Assembly (NCBI GenBank): GCA_000934665.2
Contig: KZ538257.1
Coordinates: 1-64,000, forward strand
From: Catajapyx aquilonaris
Lineage: Eukaryota
Reading direction: 5' to 3'
DNA length: 64,000 nucleotides
Positions within the stretch are counted from its first letter, which is position 1; every line of letters starts with the position of its first letter. The notes below the pieces were generated by a model that worked only from the letters and a program-made list of their open reading frames with translations, was not told the DNA's origin and did not search any database. Both the position numbers and the translations under genes were made by a program. Below, piece by piece: positions 11,547-23,502 of the stretch.

Positions 11547-13634
11547 GCAACTCTGTTCCACCATGAAATGGACAGCTGATATGCCACATTCCCCCTCAAA
11601 TATAGCTCATAAAATATAGTGCCTCAATGAGCTGAGACCTTGTGATTTTATGACCACGGAAAATTACATGAACAATGTTGCGCAGCTTTCATGGAGCTTT
11701 GGGCATATGGTCCACATCACAGATGACATGCCATTTTTCTTCATGTGCACTAGCCATCAGCCCACTATTCTTTTGCGTAGTACAAGAAAAATACAGATAT
11801 GTATCCCACAATTTCGCAGCCTGTACTTGTATTCCGTATAATGTAAGCACTATTGAGAAACAAGGTCACAGCATGCAGCCTCTTACTTTTGTACAAGTGC
11901 TACCTTGCTAGTTGCGTTACGTAGTTCTCAAATACTTAAGTGAAAAATGCTGGACAGTAATTTCCTTACTCTATGATTGTCGTGCACTTGTGACTTTCCT
12001 AATGCCCAAGCTGTGGTTGGGGAGGGTCACCTCTAGAGATTGGTTTTGGCACATATGAAGGTAATCTTATAACATCACATGAGAGTGAAAACTAACTTAG
12101 TTTCTACCGAGATCCCCATCACTGCCGTCAGATGCATATGATGGCAGATCTGGGATTAAAAGTCACACATGTAAGGCAAGTTTTCCTGAACTAAGTGCAA
12201 AATGAGAGGCTCGCTTTTTGTGATATCTGAAACATACAACACAATGGAAAGGTCCGGGTCAAGGTTTGTCTAGAAACAGTCTGACAAGAATTACACTCCC
12301 CAGGTGATAATATTATATAATATTATATCCGCTATTACTCGTAATAAAAGTTCGCAATTATCTTTGTATTTGTTCAAGTTATGTTTATGAAGAAAGGAGA
12401 GCCTCCCACTTTCCTTTGGTTTACTCATATGCTATAGAGAATTAAGTATGTCGCTTAGGGTTGGTTCCATCAACTGCACTCAAGAGCTGAGTAGTAATCG
12501 GGTGATGATATGACTTAAAGAACTTTGGTACCATTGGCCAAAACATGATAATTGCATTGTCAGCAAGCAGAAATGGTGACCAAAGGGCCCCTCATCTGTG
12601 ACACAATGTAGCAGGCATGTAATTTGATACCTCTAATCATACGTGTTACGGTTGAGGGCTAGTTTAATCACACAAGTTGCAGCTCAGTTGATAACATGAG
12701 ATTAAATTCATTTCAGTTCTTTTTTAGTAGTCTTAGTCTTCGAAACACAAACTCACAAAACCCTGATGTAGTAGTCAAAACATTTAAATTTACATGATTC
12801 ACTAAGATGTGTTTACACTTGCAGGCCAGATATGTTTGACATGACTGCTCGCAATACAGGCCACAATGAGAAGTGAGCATAGTCTTTCCTACATGCCATT
12901 TTAATTGCACCTGAAAGGCCAATTAGTGTAAACACACCTAAAGTAACACAAATTTGTACCCTGCTCTGGATTTGAAAAAAACAACAACAAAAAAACAACT
13001 TATCTCCACACTTATGCTACAAGTTCATAATACATAATTCGCTAAATTCTGCCTCCTGAGATTTTTCCTTACATGTTACAATATCTCGCTGTTAATACTG
13101 ACCTCAAAAGGCACCAACAGAAAACTGCTATAGAGAAATAACTGTTACCTGAGTCATGTGCAAAAATTATACATGGACGGAATGCCATAGAATCACGTTC
13201 CAGCATCAGCAGGCCACAAGTTCTTTGCAGAAATCTGCAAACTTCAGCCGAGACATTCAATGTTGGTTACCCTGCAATTTTTTGGTGTCATGATAGACGC
13301 AATGCTAATTTTGTTCATGAAATGAAACAAGCATCATTGTTTGTCATATTTGCTGCATAATAAGTATGTCAGATTCTCCTGCGCAGGAAAAAGCTTGGGA
13401 GATTTCTGCACTCAGTGATCATTTTTCTGGCACTTGCTACTATTGTCAGCAGCACAACTAATTAGCCAATTGGAGATTTCTCCAAACCATGCAAATATGG
13501 TGATGTAAGAATTCAAAATTTTGTACTGATGAAACATGCTGACTGGAATGTTTATCTTTGGCATATGAAAATCCCCACTTATGAAAGAACTGGCATGGCA
13601 ATAACTGCACAACCAGCACATGCAGCGCTTAAGT

Positions 13635-16600
13635 TCACATGTACAGCTTGTCATAGAGTTCATACATGTCTTCAGTATCGCAGAACTCCTTAACCTGGCT
13701 GTCTTGCAGCTGCGTAGGGTCCCTCTGACAAGTTTCCCTGTACTGGTGGTAGAAGGTCCATATGTCCTCTCTGGCCTTCTGCAACTGTGACTCTTTAGTT
13801 GCCCGATGCAAGTCTACATCCCTCAGAGACTGCTCCTTCTGCCTTTCCAATTCCATAAGTTGGTTTTGGAGCTGGTGCTGATAGAGTTGATGCAGGTAGG
13901 GGTTCACGTACTGGGCAGGCCCGAATTGTTGTTGCCTTAAGTGGTTCGCCACTGCTTGGCGGTGGCGATCCTTCACAGCCTCCTGCTTCTTCTTAGCCTC
14001 CTCACGAACACGCTCCACCTCCATGTCATACAACTCAAGGCATGACATCGTCCTGTATGTACAAACAAATAATTTTCATTACAGTTTCATTTAATAAAAG
14101 ACATGATGTCGTAACAAGTTTTTCTGATGGTGCTGACATAGAACTCAAGCCTGGCAGCTCTCAGTGTCTTACCAGTACACATTGACATATGTATGACCCT
14201 AAATTATTGTTAACAAGAATTCTTACCCCTTTGGAGCGCTGCGTCTTGGCCCGAGATGGCGTTACTGTTGCCCTATTCTCCCAATGTAAAAGTATTTTTG
14301 GAGTTTTTCTCAGTTGCAAATGCACCAAAAATTATGAAAATTGTTTCGTTCGATAGCCGGGAGCAAATACTACATGGTACATTCGTTCGTGTTGGACATA
14401 CGCTTTGGTATAAGTGTGTAATTAATTGCGGAGGATTATTCACGTGGGCCATGGCACAAGTGGAGTGGGAATGAAAACAACTCGACTTGACCATCCCCTG
14501 GGGCTGGTTGCCAACCCTTCCCCCCTTCTACCCTTCCCTTTACATGGGGATGTAATAGAGGGTGCGATGTCCGTGCTATGTGATACATGGAGCTTGAAAT
14601 ATTTGGCGGACACTTGAGGGCGGTGCGACTTGAGTCGCTTTACCCGGCAGTCAAATCTGTTTTTTGAGGAAAGGAAATCGCCTGGGAAACAGCACATATG
14701 CCAATGTATTGCGTTACAATATTTTGGGGTTTCCTTGCCTGGCTCACCCTTTAAAATGTTAGGTGATGGGGTAAAACTCAGTTTTAAAACATCTGCTATC
14801 TGAGAGTGAAGTCCTGGTCTTGAAATGTGATAATTATAGCCATTTTTGGCCCCTGAAATGGCCAATAGGAGGAGTAGGAACCTTGTCTAAATTCGATTTT
14901 AATTTTTCTGACAATGACGGTCGATACTGGCTAATTTTTTGAGTTGCATACTGGTCACGAATGATAATTTTAATAAAATAAAAAAATGCAAGTGCAGTAT
15001 GCATGATTCCACATTATACTGGGTAGTTCCACATTTAAGATAGTCACATTCTTCAGCAAGATTGAATGAATAAAATGGTAGACCTGAGCAATATGCCACT
15101 CAAACAATTGGCAATCATCCTCCACTGCCATAAAATTGATAATCACATTTCTGTAAGGTTGCTGTCTAAGACCTTCTAATGTTCTATGGCCATAATTATC
15201 AAATGCAAGAACATAATAGCAAGCCCGATGTGCAGGCATAGCAGTCATGAATTTGTAGATTTTACCGTATTATGTGAACTTCTCGGAAAAACTCATCTGG
15301 GGGTTTGGGATATAGACTCGGTCATAAACCCTCAGCCCGAAAAGGGAAGGGTAGAAGGGGGGAAGGGTTGGCAACCAGCCCCAGGGGATGGTCAAGTCGA
15401 GTTGTTTTCATTCCCACTCCACCTGTGCCATGGCCCACGCGAATAATCCTCCGCAATTAATTACACACTTATACCAACGCGTATGTCCAACACGAACGAA
15501 TATACCATGTAGTATTTGCTCCCGGCTATCGAACGGAACGATTTTCATAATTTTTGGTGCATTTGCAACTGAGAAAAACTCCAAAAATGCTTTTACATTG
15601 GGAGAATAGGGCAACAGTAACGCCATCTCGGGCCAAGACGCAGCGCTCCAAAGGGGTAAGAATTCCCGTTAATTAGAAGGAAAGAGAAAATGATAACCTG
15701 AGACGTTTTGCTGGCCTCCATTCTGCAGCACTTTCTGTGCGGGATCTTTTGTGGCTTTCCCTGGGATTGGTGGGCACCCCAGCCTCTCTGCCACGATTCT
15801 GGGGATGATGCTGGCGGAAAAATGTGTGGTAGGTGAGGTTCAAGTTTGGATCCACCAAACCTAGGTTCCTCCAGCGTTGTTTCACAGCTTTGTGTCTGTC
15901 CTCATCATTCTCAAGCTGACGTAGGTGTTCCCACTCCGGGTCTTCGTTGTCCTCATTCTCTCTTTGGTCGTTGCTTACATAGTAGTAGTCTGTATCTCTA
16001 TTTGATCCACTCTTTTCAGCATCAGCTCCCTTCACATAACAGACTACTGATTTCACAGCTGGCTGTGAAACCTGAAAATGACAACTTAGCCTCACATGAA
16101 AGGTTACAGCAATTGGGTTGCTCACCAATTTTAAGTGATTTTTTTTGTTTGGCTTCAGTTGCAGAACCATCTGATCAGATATCGTGATTACAAGTTGCCC
16201 CCAAAAAATGGTGTTTGTCCCAGAATGTTTCATATTCAACCTTACCTTGCTTTCTGTGACATCAGGTTTGTGCTCAACTTCAGTAACAGACTCCTCTGTA
16301 TCTCCAGACTCATCCAGGACGAGGTATTTTTCCTGTTGGCCAGGCGCTTCCCCAGTGGCTTTTGCTGTCTGTCTGGGAGGTATGTGCTCTATTTCAATGA
16401 CCGACTCATCTGTTTCCCTAGACTCATCCAGGACGAGGCATTCTTCCTGTTGGTCATCATTTGACACTGCCCCAGTGGCTTTTGGTGTTTTTCCGGGAGG
16501 TTTGTGCTCTATTTCAATGACCGACTCATCTGTTTCCCTAGACACATCCAGGACGCGGCATTCTTCCTGTTGGTCATCATTTGGCACTGCCCCAGTGGCT

Positions 16601-18690
16601 TTTGGTGTTTTTCCAGGAGGTTTGCACTCGATGTCAATGACCGACTCCTCTGTTTCCCTAGACACATCCAGGATGAGGTATTCTTCCTGTTCACTATCAT
16701 TTAGCACTTCCCCAATGGCTTTTGGTGTAATTATCTCACAGTCATCAGTACTGGTTGAAGGTAATTTTTCCCCATCTTCCTGATGAATTTCCTGCAGAGT
16801 AACATCTGATCTCTTCTCATCATTGGTCTTTCCAGCAACACATGCCACTATCACCTCTTCGTCCAGTTCTTCTGCAGGACTTTCATTAAGCTCCGACTCC
16901 CCTTGCTGGTCCTGGCTAATTTGCTTTTTGGAATCTTTCTTTGATCGAGGTGTCTCATTAGGCTCACTGATTTCTTCTGCTGAGAGGTCATCATAAGTTA
17001 TGTCAGCGGAGAATGATGGCACATTTTCTGTAATTTTTGGTGTAGTTATCACACAATTCTCTGCATCGGAAGTAGCATCCTGCTCTTCTGCTGAGAGGTC
17101 ATCATAAGTTATGTCAGTGGAGAATGATGGCACATTTTCTGTAATTTTTGGTGTAGTTATCACACAATTCTCTGCATCGGAAGTAGCATCCTGCTCTTCT
17201 GCTGAGAGGTCATCATAAGTTATGTCAGTAAAGAATGATAGCTCATTTTCTGTGGTTTTTGGTGTAGTTATCTCACAGCCCTCTGCACTGGAAGTAGCAT
17301 CCTGCTCCTGCTCCTCCTGCAAAGTAACTTCTGAGCTCTTCTCATCTTTTGTGTCTCCAGCAACACACGTTGCAAGCTGCTCTTTGTGAAGTCCTTCTCC
17401 TGCAGGTTTTCCATCCACATCTGATTCCTCTTTCTGGTCCTCGTTCATTTGTTCTTTGGACTCTTTCTTCGGCAAGCATGCCTCGCCAAAAGATATTTCC
17501 TCTTCGAGGTCATCAGAATTTACTTCTGTGTAGAATGGTAGCCCGATTTCACTTCTTCCTTCTTGACTATATCCACTCAAGGGTGAAGCAGCTTCTAGAT
17601 CAGCTTCAACAGCATGGTCAAGCTTCCTTACACTTTCCTCGTTCGATGAATCTATTGGCTTCCCAAAATCACTTTCCACTCGTGCAGATGGAGCATCACA
17701 TCCATTAATTTCATCCCAATCTAATTCATCCAGGGTACTTTCCAAGAAGTCGTATTCCAATTCAGGACAATCAAGCCTACTCCCCGAAATACTGGCATGG
17801 AACTCATCAGTATTGGTCTGATCAATGCCTGATGAAATTATGACTTGCGGATTATCAAGGGTCTTACGCTCAGGACTGCGCGTAAGATTTCTTGAAGTGT
17901 CATTCACAACGTTATCTCGGCTTGTTGGGGTCACATCACTGCATTGGACACCTTCAGGTTTGGAATCAACTCTTGCTGGACTAACTGCTTTGATCGCGAA
18001 CACTTCTTTTGCAGTCGGCTCTGAGTTGGTGTGGGCAATCAAGTTGTCCTTTTCTTCATTTTGGGTCCGCTCCACTGTTGTATTTTGGTTAAAACTCGCA
18101 TTATATTTTGTACAAATCTCTGAAGAAGAGGCCACATTCTCCTCTGATGTTCTGTCATCTGACGACGACTCCAACAATGTTTCTTCCTTGGTTTTTGGGC
18201 AAACTACTTTGGTCTCATACACTTTCTTTGCAGTGGGCTTTGAGTTGGCATGGCCACTGAAACTGTTAGGTGCTTTTCCTGACGGAGAGACCAAGTTTTC
18301 CTCAGTGACTACATCATGTACTGTCAGATCCAAGGTCGTATTTTGATTAAAGCTCTCATTAGGTTCAGTACAAGTCTCTTCCTCTGAAGTAAACTCCAAG
18401 AGTTCATCTTCACTTTCTGTCGAAACTTCTGAGGTACCCAAATCTTCATTACCCAGCAAGTCATCCTCTGTCATGTTTTGGTTAAAATTCACTGCGGATG
18501 GTGAGTTTTGGACTGAATCTAGTTCTTGTTCCAATGGCCTGTCTCCTAAAATACAACCGTCTTTAGCTTCAGCGGCAAGATAATCCCCTACTTCATACAC
18601 ACTCAAGTTCTCAGAAGAGTTACTGGCAGCAGGGGATGGTTGTGACTGGGATCCAGTATCACTCTCCAATTCATTCTCACTGCCTGCCAT
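13635..18690 (-). CDS. Uncharacterised acidic, repeat-rich, probably disordered protein (~1078 aa) with a helical Gln-rich C-terminus
   Basis: ACCATGG start at 18690 with an upstream in-frame stop. Exons 18690-16246, 16071-15698 and 14052-13635 are phase-consistent. E/D/S-rich; NLS-like PAKRLR. Probable 5' UTR exons extend to ~22700-23000. Confidence 0.75.
14214..15668. mobile_element. Non-autonomous foldback DNA transposon, ~328-bp TIRs, flanked by TTAA on both sides (piggyBac/Kolobok-type target)
   Basis: 14214-14541 is a near-perfect reverse complement of 15340-15668. TTAA at 14210-14213 and 15669-15672. No transposase ORF inside. Lies in the last intron of the acidic-protein gene. Confidence 0.85.
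16290..16730 (-). repeat. Coding tandem repeat, 120-bp (40-aa) unit, ~3.5 copies
   Basis: TPKATGAVxNDDQQEECxVLDxSRETDESVIEIEHKPPGK units; the DNA period of 120 bp is visible (e.g. 16441 vs 16561). Confidence 0.9.
16975..17305 (-). repeat. Coding tandem repeat, 111-bp (37-aa) unit, ~3 copies
   Basis: ITTPKITENVPSFSTDITYDDLSAEEQDATSDAENCV units; tgagaggtcatcataag recurs at 16981, 17092 and 17203. Confidence 0.9.
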
Positions 18691-19453
18691 GGTTTGGTAC
18701 TTCAACTAGTTCATAAAAAAAACACTCATCCAGGTCAAAAACGGTAACTGAATCAGTGGTATAATGAGAGCAGTGACTGAATTGCAATTTCTGTAATCAT
18801 TTAGGTAATTTAAAATATGTCCTCAATTACAGTGCATTCATCTTGTCAATTCTTTGCAAGTCAGGTAAGGATTCGATTATCTTTGGGTCTGAACTTTGCT
18901 GGGTATAATCTGATGTCCATTCAGTTTGCCTGAATCTTAGATGCAGTCATGCTGTCTTTTAAGCAGCATAGGGAAGAAGCAAGTATGTTACATTTCCAAT
19001 GTGCCCTTAACCCTCAAGTGTGATATCTCCACCATCTGTCTGAAAAAGAGGAAGAAAGAAAAATAACATCATGCTCTGTTCCATGCAGAGTGCTGTCAGC
19101 TCCCAGTTACCTGCAGTAATTGACTCCAAACACCCCCCCNNNNNNNNNCCCCTATCTCTCTGTGCATTTAAGTTCAAATCCGTGAAGAACCAAACCTTTA
19201 AAAGTATTAAATTTAAAACATACACACTTATGGTACAGTTTACAATTCATACACATGTAGCCATCAACAAAAATAATAAAACAGGATAGTTAGAACAATA
19301 AAGCAGTGCACTGTAATAGAAAATAAGTTTTGGCTTTTAAAAATGTAATAGTTTAATTTGATATTAATATTAAACTGTGGATAACCGTGGGCTGACTGTA
19401 CCTGCATTTCAAATGACCTGAGCAAAAAAATCTCTTATCTCTTATATCTATTA

Positions 19454-19483
19454 ACTAGCAGCGGTACCCGTTCTTCACACGGG
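19454..19483 (-). mobile_element. Helitron-type 3' end (hairpin plus CTAG|T)
   Basis: Minus strand cccgtgtgaagaacggg-taccgctg-ctagt. Confidence 0.45.
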
Positions 19484-20111
19484 GAAAAAAGAGCGTGGAT
19501 AATTACACCGAAATCTTCTTAGATCTCAAGCAATATTAAATGCAAAACTGCTCATTCCCTTGCATATGTAGGCACTGGAAGGGTGTAAAAATTCTGGTTT
19601 GTTTGCGTAATAAAGAGCCGCAACTATGGCTATGTGGTTATCAGAATACAAAAAGGTGGGACAGATGGAGAGAGAAACAAAGAGGAAAAAGAAGAGAGGA
19701 AAGACTGGCATCTCTCTTACGGTTAGTCTGTCTCCTATCCCAAAGACCTGACCAACTTGGGCGGCCCTACCAGTAGACGAAACTACCGCTCTTCAGGATC
19801 ATGGGAAAACGAAAGCCCACCACCACGGCAAGGTGGAGATACATTGGGGGGAGGGGACATTGAAAATTTGGATAAAAAAATTGGGGGAAGTGCAAAATTT
19901 GAAACCATTTTGTTTCTATGGTAATCACCAACAAAATTCTGTTGCCACAGGCAAAGAAATTTTATTTTTTTTTCCTTACATACGTAGATTATCAAAATAT
20001 GTTATTTCTTAATTAATTTATAGCAGCAAACCTGTGTGTAGTGTCTGGTACATATGTTGAACTTGGTGTCAGTCAACCTACACAGAAGTGATTAATAGTG
20101 GAGGGATAATT

Positions 20112-20577
20112 GGACCGTGTTATGCAATAATGGGCCAACCCACAAAAATGTCAAAATTGAGCCAAGCCCAGGAACATACACCTAAAGCAGAGGTTCTTAA
20201 CCTTTTCGGGCCTCCGCACCCCTTTGTAGACAATATATTGGTCCTTGTCGCACCCCCTTTACCAGGAGTGATTGATTACGTTCATAGTTAGACCAGTTAT
20301 TAGCTCTTGGTTAGATTAAGTCCAGAGGTGCACCTTGCTCGCACCCCCAGGGAAGCCACCTCGCACCCCCTGGAGGTGCGGGCACTCCAGGCTAAGAACC
20401 GCTGACCTAAAGGATCCTACTTCATTCAGTTAAAATCACGCAAGTGAAATAATCTGCATACTTCCGCCATAAATGACCGAAAAGAACACTGAATTAATTT
20501 CACAGGTATGACCTTCAAAGCCCTTTTTCTCAAAACTGGTCTCGCGTGGGTTGACGCATTATTGCATAACACCGTCC
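20112..20577. mobile_element. MITE with ~32-bp TIRs and AATT flanks; host of a nested hAT MITE
   Basis: aatt|ggaccgtgttatgcaataatgggccaacccac ... gtgggttgacgcattattgcataacaccgtcc|aatt. Confidence 0.7.
20188..20404. mobile_element. hAT-superfamily MITE with 8-bp TSD ACCTAAAG
   Basis: TIRs cagaggttcttaacc / ggctaagaaccgctg; identical ACCTAAAG at 20180-20187 and 20405-20412. Confidence 0.85.
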
Positions 20578-21574
20578 AATTATCAAAATAATACAGTAGG
20601 TACTCGTTTTACACCCCTCCATTTTACGCAGTTCTACATTAATGCCGGTTTGAAAATGACATCATAAAATTTTTAAATTGAAAAATTGTGATAACGTGAA
20701 AATTATGATAGCTTGCTGGTTGTGAAGTGGCCAAGAAAGATTTCCCATGCGGGAAGTACCCGTTTTACGCCGCTCCATTTTACGCCGTTTCGCATTAATC
20801 CCGGTTTTAAAATTACATTTGAAAATTTTGTATCAGAATTTAAAAAAAAATATTTGATGATAACACAATCTGAACTTCTGAGACCTGATGGAACCTTTTT
20901 GACGTAGCGCCCGGGCCCACGGGCAGGGTGACTGGGAGGGGATGTGCAAGGTGCAAGTGCAATTCTCAAACGGTATATTTTGTGAACTCCCCCGGGTGGA
21001 TTAGTCTGAGGAGATTCCTCCTGAAACGAAGCCAGAGACGACACAACTCTGCACGGGATGAAGGAGGGAACCCCGGGCAGGGATCAAACCCGACGTTTCC
21101 GCAGCGCCACTTTGTCTCCCCTAGGAAATGCCCTTATGCCACAATACCTAGCAAATTAAACCATCTCCGTAAATTCAGCGCATCCACCAATTACGCTAAT
21201 TGGCCACCTCACGTGACTTCGTATCTTATGGTAATTCCGGGATATTGTGGGATTTGAAAGTAGACTTCCAGACAAAGTAAATACAATTAAATAATACAGT
21301 ATTTGCAAAATATTACTCCGTGTTGAAAACAAAATTTCCCACCATGCGTCTGTACGTACATTTCTAAAGTTATTCAGAGCAAACATATGGAATAAGGTGG
21401 GGGTGTGAAGTGGGGGAAAAAACACATGGCTGTGCAGTCTTTTCCTGGGCCAACTCCATCCACATTCCTCCTTTTACACATCCAATCAGAATATCCGTGT
21501 CGACTGTACGCTATAAGACAAGCAGGTAATCTATCACAGATATGTACCCCTATCTTTACCAGCACCCCAACATA

Positions 21575-21602
21575 CCCGGGCAACGCCACGTAACCTGCTA
21601 GT
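21575..21602 (+). mobile_element. Helitron-type 3' end
   Basis: cccgggcaacgccacgtaacctgctag|t resembles common Helitron 3' termini. Confidence 0.4.
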
Positions 21603-21831
21603 TAACTTTTAAAAAACAACGATTATAGGCAGTGCACCAGTTGTGAAGAAAAGGTTAAATCTAGGAGGGTGTAGCCATCTTACAACAGGGAAAATGATTA
21701 ATGATAGCGAGACGTAGGCTTCATCATTGTCAAATTTCATATCAACTTTGCCCGGAAAGTTAACTACATAAAACTACCACATTATAGAGACGAGAGTGCT
21801 ATGTTCCCACTCAAGTACTGCCAATTCTTAC

Positions 21832-22378
21832 AAGGGAAGGTCACGGGGTGATAATGACGGATCTTGATGAAATTTAACATGCTAATACAGGACAATATAT
21901 GATACCCAAAAATGAAATATTTCGTGTGGAGGCCCATATTTGCAAAAGTTATGACGTCTTAAAGTTCCAAAAAATAAACAATTTCATTCATAATGGGATT
22001 ACATTAGCGACCACATATAATGACATTGAAGTGTATAATCAGTTTCTACACTTTTTCTCAGCGGAAAAAAGTCCTACAGAAGCTCTGTCCGTCCGTCCGT
22101 CCGTGGACAGGTATCAAGGCCGTTACGTAGGACTTTTTTCCGATGAGACAAAGTGTAGAAACTGATTACACACTTCAATGTGGTCATTATATGTGGTCAC
22201 TAATGTAATCCCATGATGAACTCAATGAAAATGTGTTTTTTTGGAACTTTTAAGACGTCATAACTTTTGCAAATGGGGTTCCGCACGAAATATTTCATTT
22301 TTGGGTATCATATATTGTCCTGTATTACCATGTTAAATTTCATCAAGATCCGTCATTATCACCCTGTGACCTTCCCTC
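21832..22378. mobile_element. Foldback element: ~245-bp inverted arms around a ~50-bp loop containing a (GTCC)n microsatellite
   Basis: agggaaggtcacggggtgataatgacggatcttg... is mirrored by ...caagatccgtcattatcaccctgtgaccttccct; the loop holds gtccgtccgtccgtccgt. Confidence 0.85.
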
Positions 22379-23119
22379 TTGGTAGGACCATAATTTAAAC
22401 CTTCTGGAACCTTCTCTTCAAGATCCTTTACCGCTTGGGTACCATGACATATTTCCATCCATGCTGCAGCAACCTATCGTTCAATTAGCCCTGAAATGTT
22501 TTTTTTTGCACTACAACTATATCAAAACCAGGAAAATGAAACCAGTATTAGTATTTTCAGTGAAAATCGAACCTTAGACAAAAATGGACACTCGCTCAAC
22601 TATCCCTCATCGCCATGCATCTTCTGGTACAGTACCCAACACATGAGCTTCAAACCTGGCAACCTACAGATGCGACATACCCATCTTCCGTATTGGTTAT
22701 CACCCCAACTTCCAAGTTCCGACCAGCCTAGAGCTCCCATCACGCGCCACAAAATTCCAAGAAACCGGCGCCATTGTTCCAAGACAAAAGATCCCCCCTT
22801 TCGGCACCCCATTGCCCAATATTTCAACCCCAACCATCACCTACGTGCTATCCCGGTTCTGATCCACACCCGGGCCGCACCCCGGGCCGCCCCTGGTGTC
22901 TCCAAAGAGCCTTCCAAAGAACCGGCCTTTTATCCTGCCATCCGCACGCCACCTCCACCACACTCCATGGCGAACAGCCCCAAATGCAACATGACACCTT
23001 GCATGGCCAGACTAAAAAGAGCTGCTATATTTTTAAATAACAAACCGTATAAAAATCCAAACAGGTTAAAACAAAGGCTGGTTAAATATTTAAACTGGAA
23101 CAACGTGTTCGGAGAGCTA

Positions 23120-23455
23120 CAACATGGCGCGGATATTCGAACATGGAAAATTATCAGCTTCTGAAATATGACGCTAGATGGCACCGTTTTTTTGGGCTCA
23201 GATTTTACTTATAATATTTTAATCATATTAAAATAATGTAGGCTAATTATAAATTTAACGCAGAACATTACTGGATGTGTTATTTAAACCCGGAATATTA
23301 AAATCCGGACATGTGATGTAACAGGTGTGACGTCATGTGTACCAGCCGTATCACACGTGAATCGTAACGTTTCATGTCACGTTCATTATTATCAGCCGGC
23401 TGATTGTCTTTGGTACGCCCACTCAAGGTGACCTCTGCCCCTTGGACTATTTAAG
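23120..23455. promoter_or_regulatory. Probable bidirectional promoter (acidic-protein gene / first O-methyltransferase)
   Basis: YY1-like aacatggcg at ~23121, CTCF-like gctagatggcac at 23173-23184, CRE TGACGTCA at 23328-23335, E-box CACGTG at 23354-23359, TATTTAA at ~23448. Confidence 0.45.
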
Positions 23456-23502
23456 TGGGTGTCGCCCCGTCGTTGGACGTTGTATTGAGATACGGACTGA
23501 CC

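Noticed and set aside
14256..15626. Mirror-image 72/73-aa ORF pairs (MALLLPYSP.., MVKSSCFHS..)
   Set aside because: They are by-products of the long TIRs; no domain or transposase motif.
16290..17305. Regularly spaced repeats as a possible CRISPR array
   Set aside because: Contiguous in-frame coding repeats without unique spacers, no cas genes, eukaryotic context.
22496..23164. 222-aa + strand ORF
   Set aside because: No recognisable domain; overlaps the probable promoter and first exon of the minus-strand gene.
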